Part shown: in pieces, positions 6,934 through 8,412 of the stretch
How the letters are laid out: each line of letters begins with the position of its first letter
How positions within the stretch are numbered: the first letter of the stretch is position 1
Origin: Octopus sinensis
Taxonomy: Eukaryota
Reading direction: 5' to 3'
NCBI RefSeq assembly: GCF_006345805.1
Contig: NW_021828432.1
Span: 1-8,412 of the forward strand
DNA length: 8,412 bases
Translations under genes and position numbers: made by a program
Notes under the pieces: model-generated
What the model was told of the DNA's origin: nothing
What the model saw: only the letters and a program-made list of their open reading frames with translations
Databases searched by the model: none

Positions 6934-7499
6934 TTCTTTTATTCTTTTACTTGTTTCAGTCATTTGACTGTGGCCATGCTGGAGCACCGCCTTAAAGGGT
7001 TTTTAGTCGAAGAAATCGACCGCGGGTCTTATTTATTATTAGTAAGCCTAGTACATATTCTATCGATCTTTGACCGAACCGCTAAGTTAAAGTTAAGGGG
7101 ACAAACACAAAGACACAAGCACACATAAATCTATACATATATACGACGGGCTTCTTTCAGTTTCCATTTACCGAATTCACTCACAAAGCTTTGGTCAGCC
7201 CGAAGCTATAGTAGAAAACACGCGCCGGGCGAAATGCCGTTACGTTCTGAGTTCAAATTCCGCCGAGGTCGACTTTGCCTTTCATCCTTTCGGGGTCGAT
7301 AAATTAAGTACCAGTTACGCACTGGGGTCGATGTAATCGACTTAATCCGTTTGTCTATCTTTGTTTGTCTCCTCTGTGTTTAGCCCCTTGTGGGTAGTAA
7401 AGAAATAGATATAGTAGAAAACACTAGGCCAAAGTGCCACGCAGTGGGACTGAACCCGGAACCATGTGGTTGGAAAACAAGCTGCTTACCACACAGCCA
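6934..7499 (-). mobile_element. SINE family A, diverged copy interrupted by a SINE B insertion
   Basis: Tail and body at 6934-7221, and CORE, B box and A box at 7410-7499. There is a ~44-bp internal deletion between two ggggac repeats. Confidence 0.85.
7222..7409 (+). mobile_element. SINE family B (tRNA head remnant plus Meta-like central domain), 5'-truncated, 188 bp
   Basis: Flanked by a perfect 15-bp TSD tatagtagaaaacac (7207-7221 and 7410-7424), with B box gagttcaaattcc (7249-7261). The central gcctttcatcctttcggggtcgataaattaagtaccag resembles the conserved Meta SINE domain (name from recall). Confidence 0.85.
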
Positions 7500-7819
7500 G
7501 ACAAACACAAACACAGATAAAGCAGGTTTGTATTTGCTTATGTGTCGAAGTTAAAGGGATATGTGTGTGTGTGTGTGTGTGTTCCTGTATGTATCTGAAC
7601 GTGTGTGTGTGTCCGTATGTCTATATGTGTGCTAAAACCGTGTATGTTTAAGAGCTTATTAAGTATAGCTAAACACAGATTAACTTTAACGGGATTTAAG
7701 GAGATTAATTCCCGAGAAGCAATAAGTTAGTGGCAGAAGTACTGTTGTTCGTAGTTGCGGTAGTAGTTAGTCTAGACAGCCACGTTGATGGATGGGCAAA
7801 TTTGGGAGAGCCATTGTTA

Positions 7820-8030
7820 CACACGCACACACACACGTTTACAGATATATACACACACACATATTCAAATATATACATATATATATATATTATTTATATG
7901 CTAACACACAAACATATGTATATATATACTTATACAAACACACAGACACTTATTTATACACATATACACACACATATTCAAAAATATATACATATATATA
8001 TATATATGTGTGTGGTGTGTGTGTGTGTAT
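7820..8030. repeat. Compound (CA)n/(TA)n/(TG)n tract
   Basis: Dinucleotide runs. Confidence 0.8.
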
Positions 8031-8326
8031 ATTTAAAGAGCAGAACCACTAGGTGGTCGGCCGTATGCTAGAAATAGATCACCTACGATCAAACTACAAA
8101 GAAAAGAATGTTCTCTAGAGGAAAATTTATATATATATATGTGAAACAAGGTGGAAAAAAAGAGTACTCAAATACCAGTGGTAGAGTAATATGCTTTATT
8201 TAAAGCAGCAGAAAATTTTACAAAACCTGTTACTCTGAGTTTTTTTCACACTAACTACCTGATAATTTCTTGTTAAGATTCCTTATTAAAAGGTTATCCT
8301 TAATTGTTATATATATATATATATAT

Positions 8327-8397
8327 ATGCTAACACACAAACATATGTATATATATACTTATACAAACACACACACAGACACTTATTTATACACATA
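8327..8397 (+). repeat. Direct duplication of 7898-7964
   Basis: atgctaacacacaaacatatg...cagacacttatttatacacata is identical except for two extra CA units. Confidence 0.85.
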
Positions 8398-8412
8398 CTT
8401 ATACATACATAT

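Noticed and set aside
7690-7820. Minus-strand peptide NNGSPKF resembling a cadherin NDNxPxF motif, and a + strand hydrophobic stretch VLLFVVAVVV
   Set aside because: The match is only a few residues, with no surrounding cadherin motifs and no splice acceptor. It is a likely chance match.
2362-8071. All ORFs in the supplied track (e.g. 2362-2817, 2842-3219, 4589-4987, 4626-4991, 7730-8071)
   Set aside because: They read through SINEs or dinucleotide repeats (YI/CV/HT runs). Repeated peptides such as SRSGTEPGTMWLVSKLLTTQ are SINE translations, not proteins.

Overview
AT-rich, repeat-saturated eukaryotic non-coding DNA, most likely Octopus (cephalopod): the SINE sequences match octopus repeats as I recall them, which I could not verify by search. 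There is no credible intact protein-coding gene, and the listed ORFs are artefacts of (TA)n/(CA)n microsatellites and SINEs. The window contains six copies of one tRNA-derived CORE-type SINE (family A) and a second tRNA-SINE (family B) nested in one of them with a perfect 15-bp TSD. It also has a third CORE-like SINE fragment, a complete 394-bp non-autonomous Helitron, a frameshifted piggyBac transposase fossil with one TTAA-flanked end, a hAT MITE and several fold-back structures. The most interesting signals are short, probably Penelope-like (PLE) fragments carrying hammerhead-ribozyme-like cores, one inside a ~91-bp near-perfect hairpin. Also notable are a textbook splice acceptor directly upstream of the piggyBac fossil and an inverted SINE pair that could form long dsRNA.
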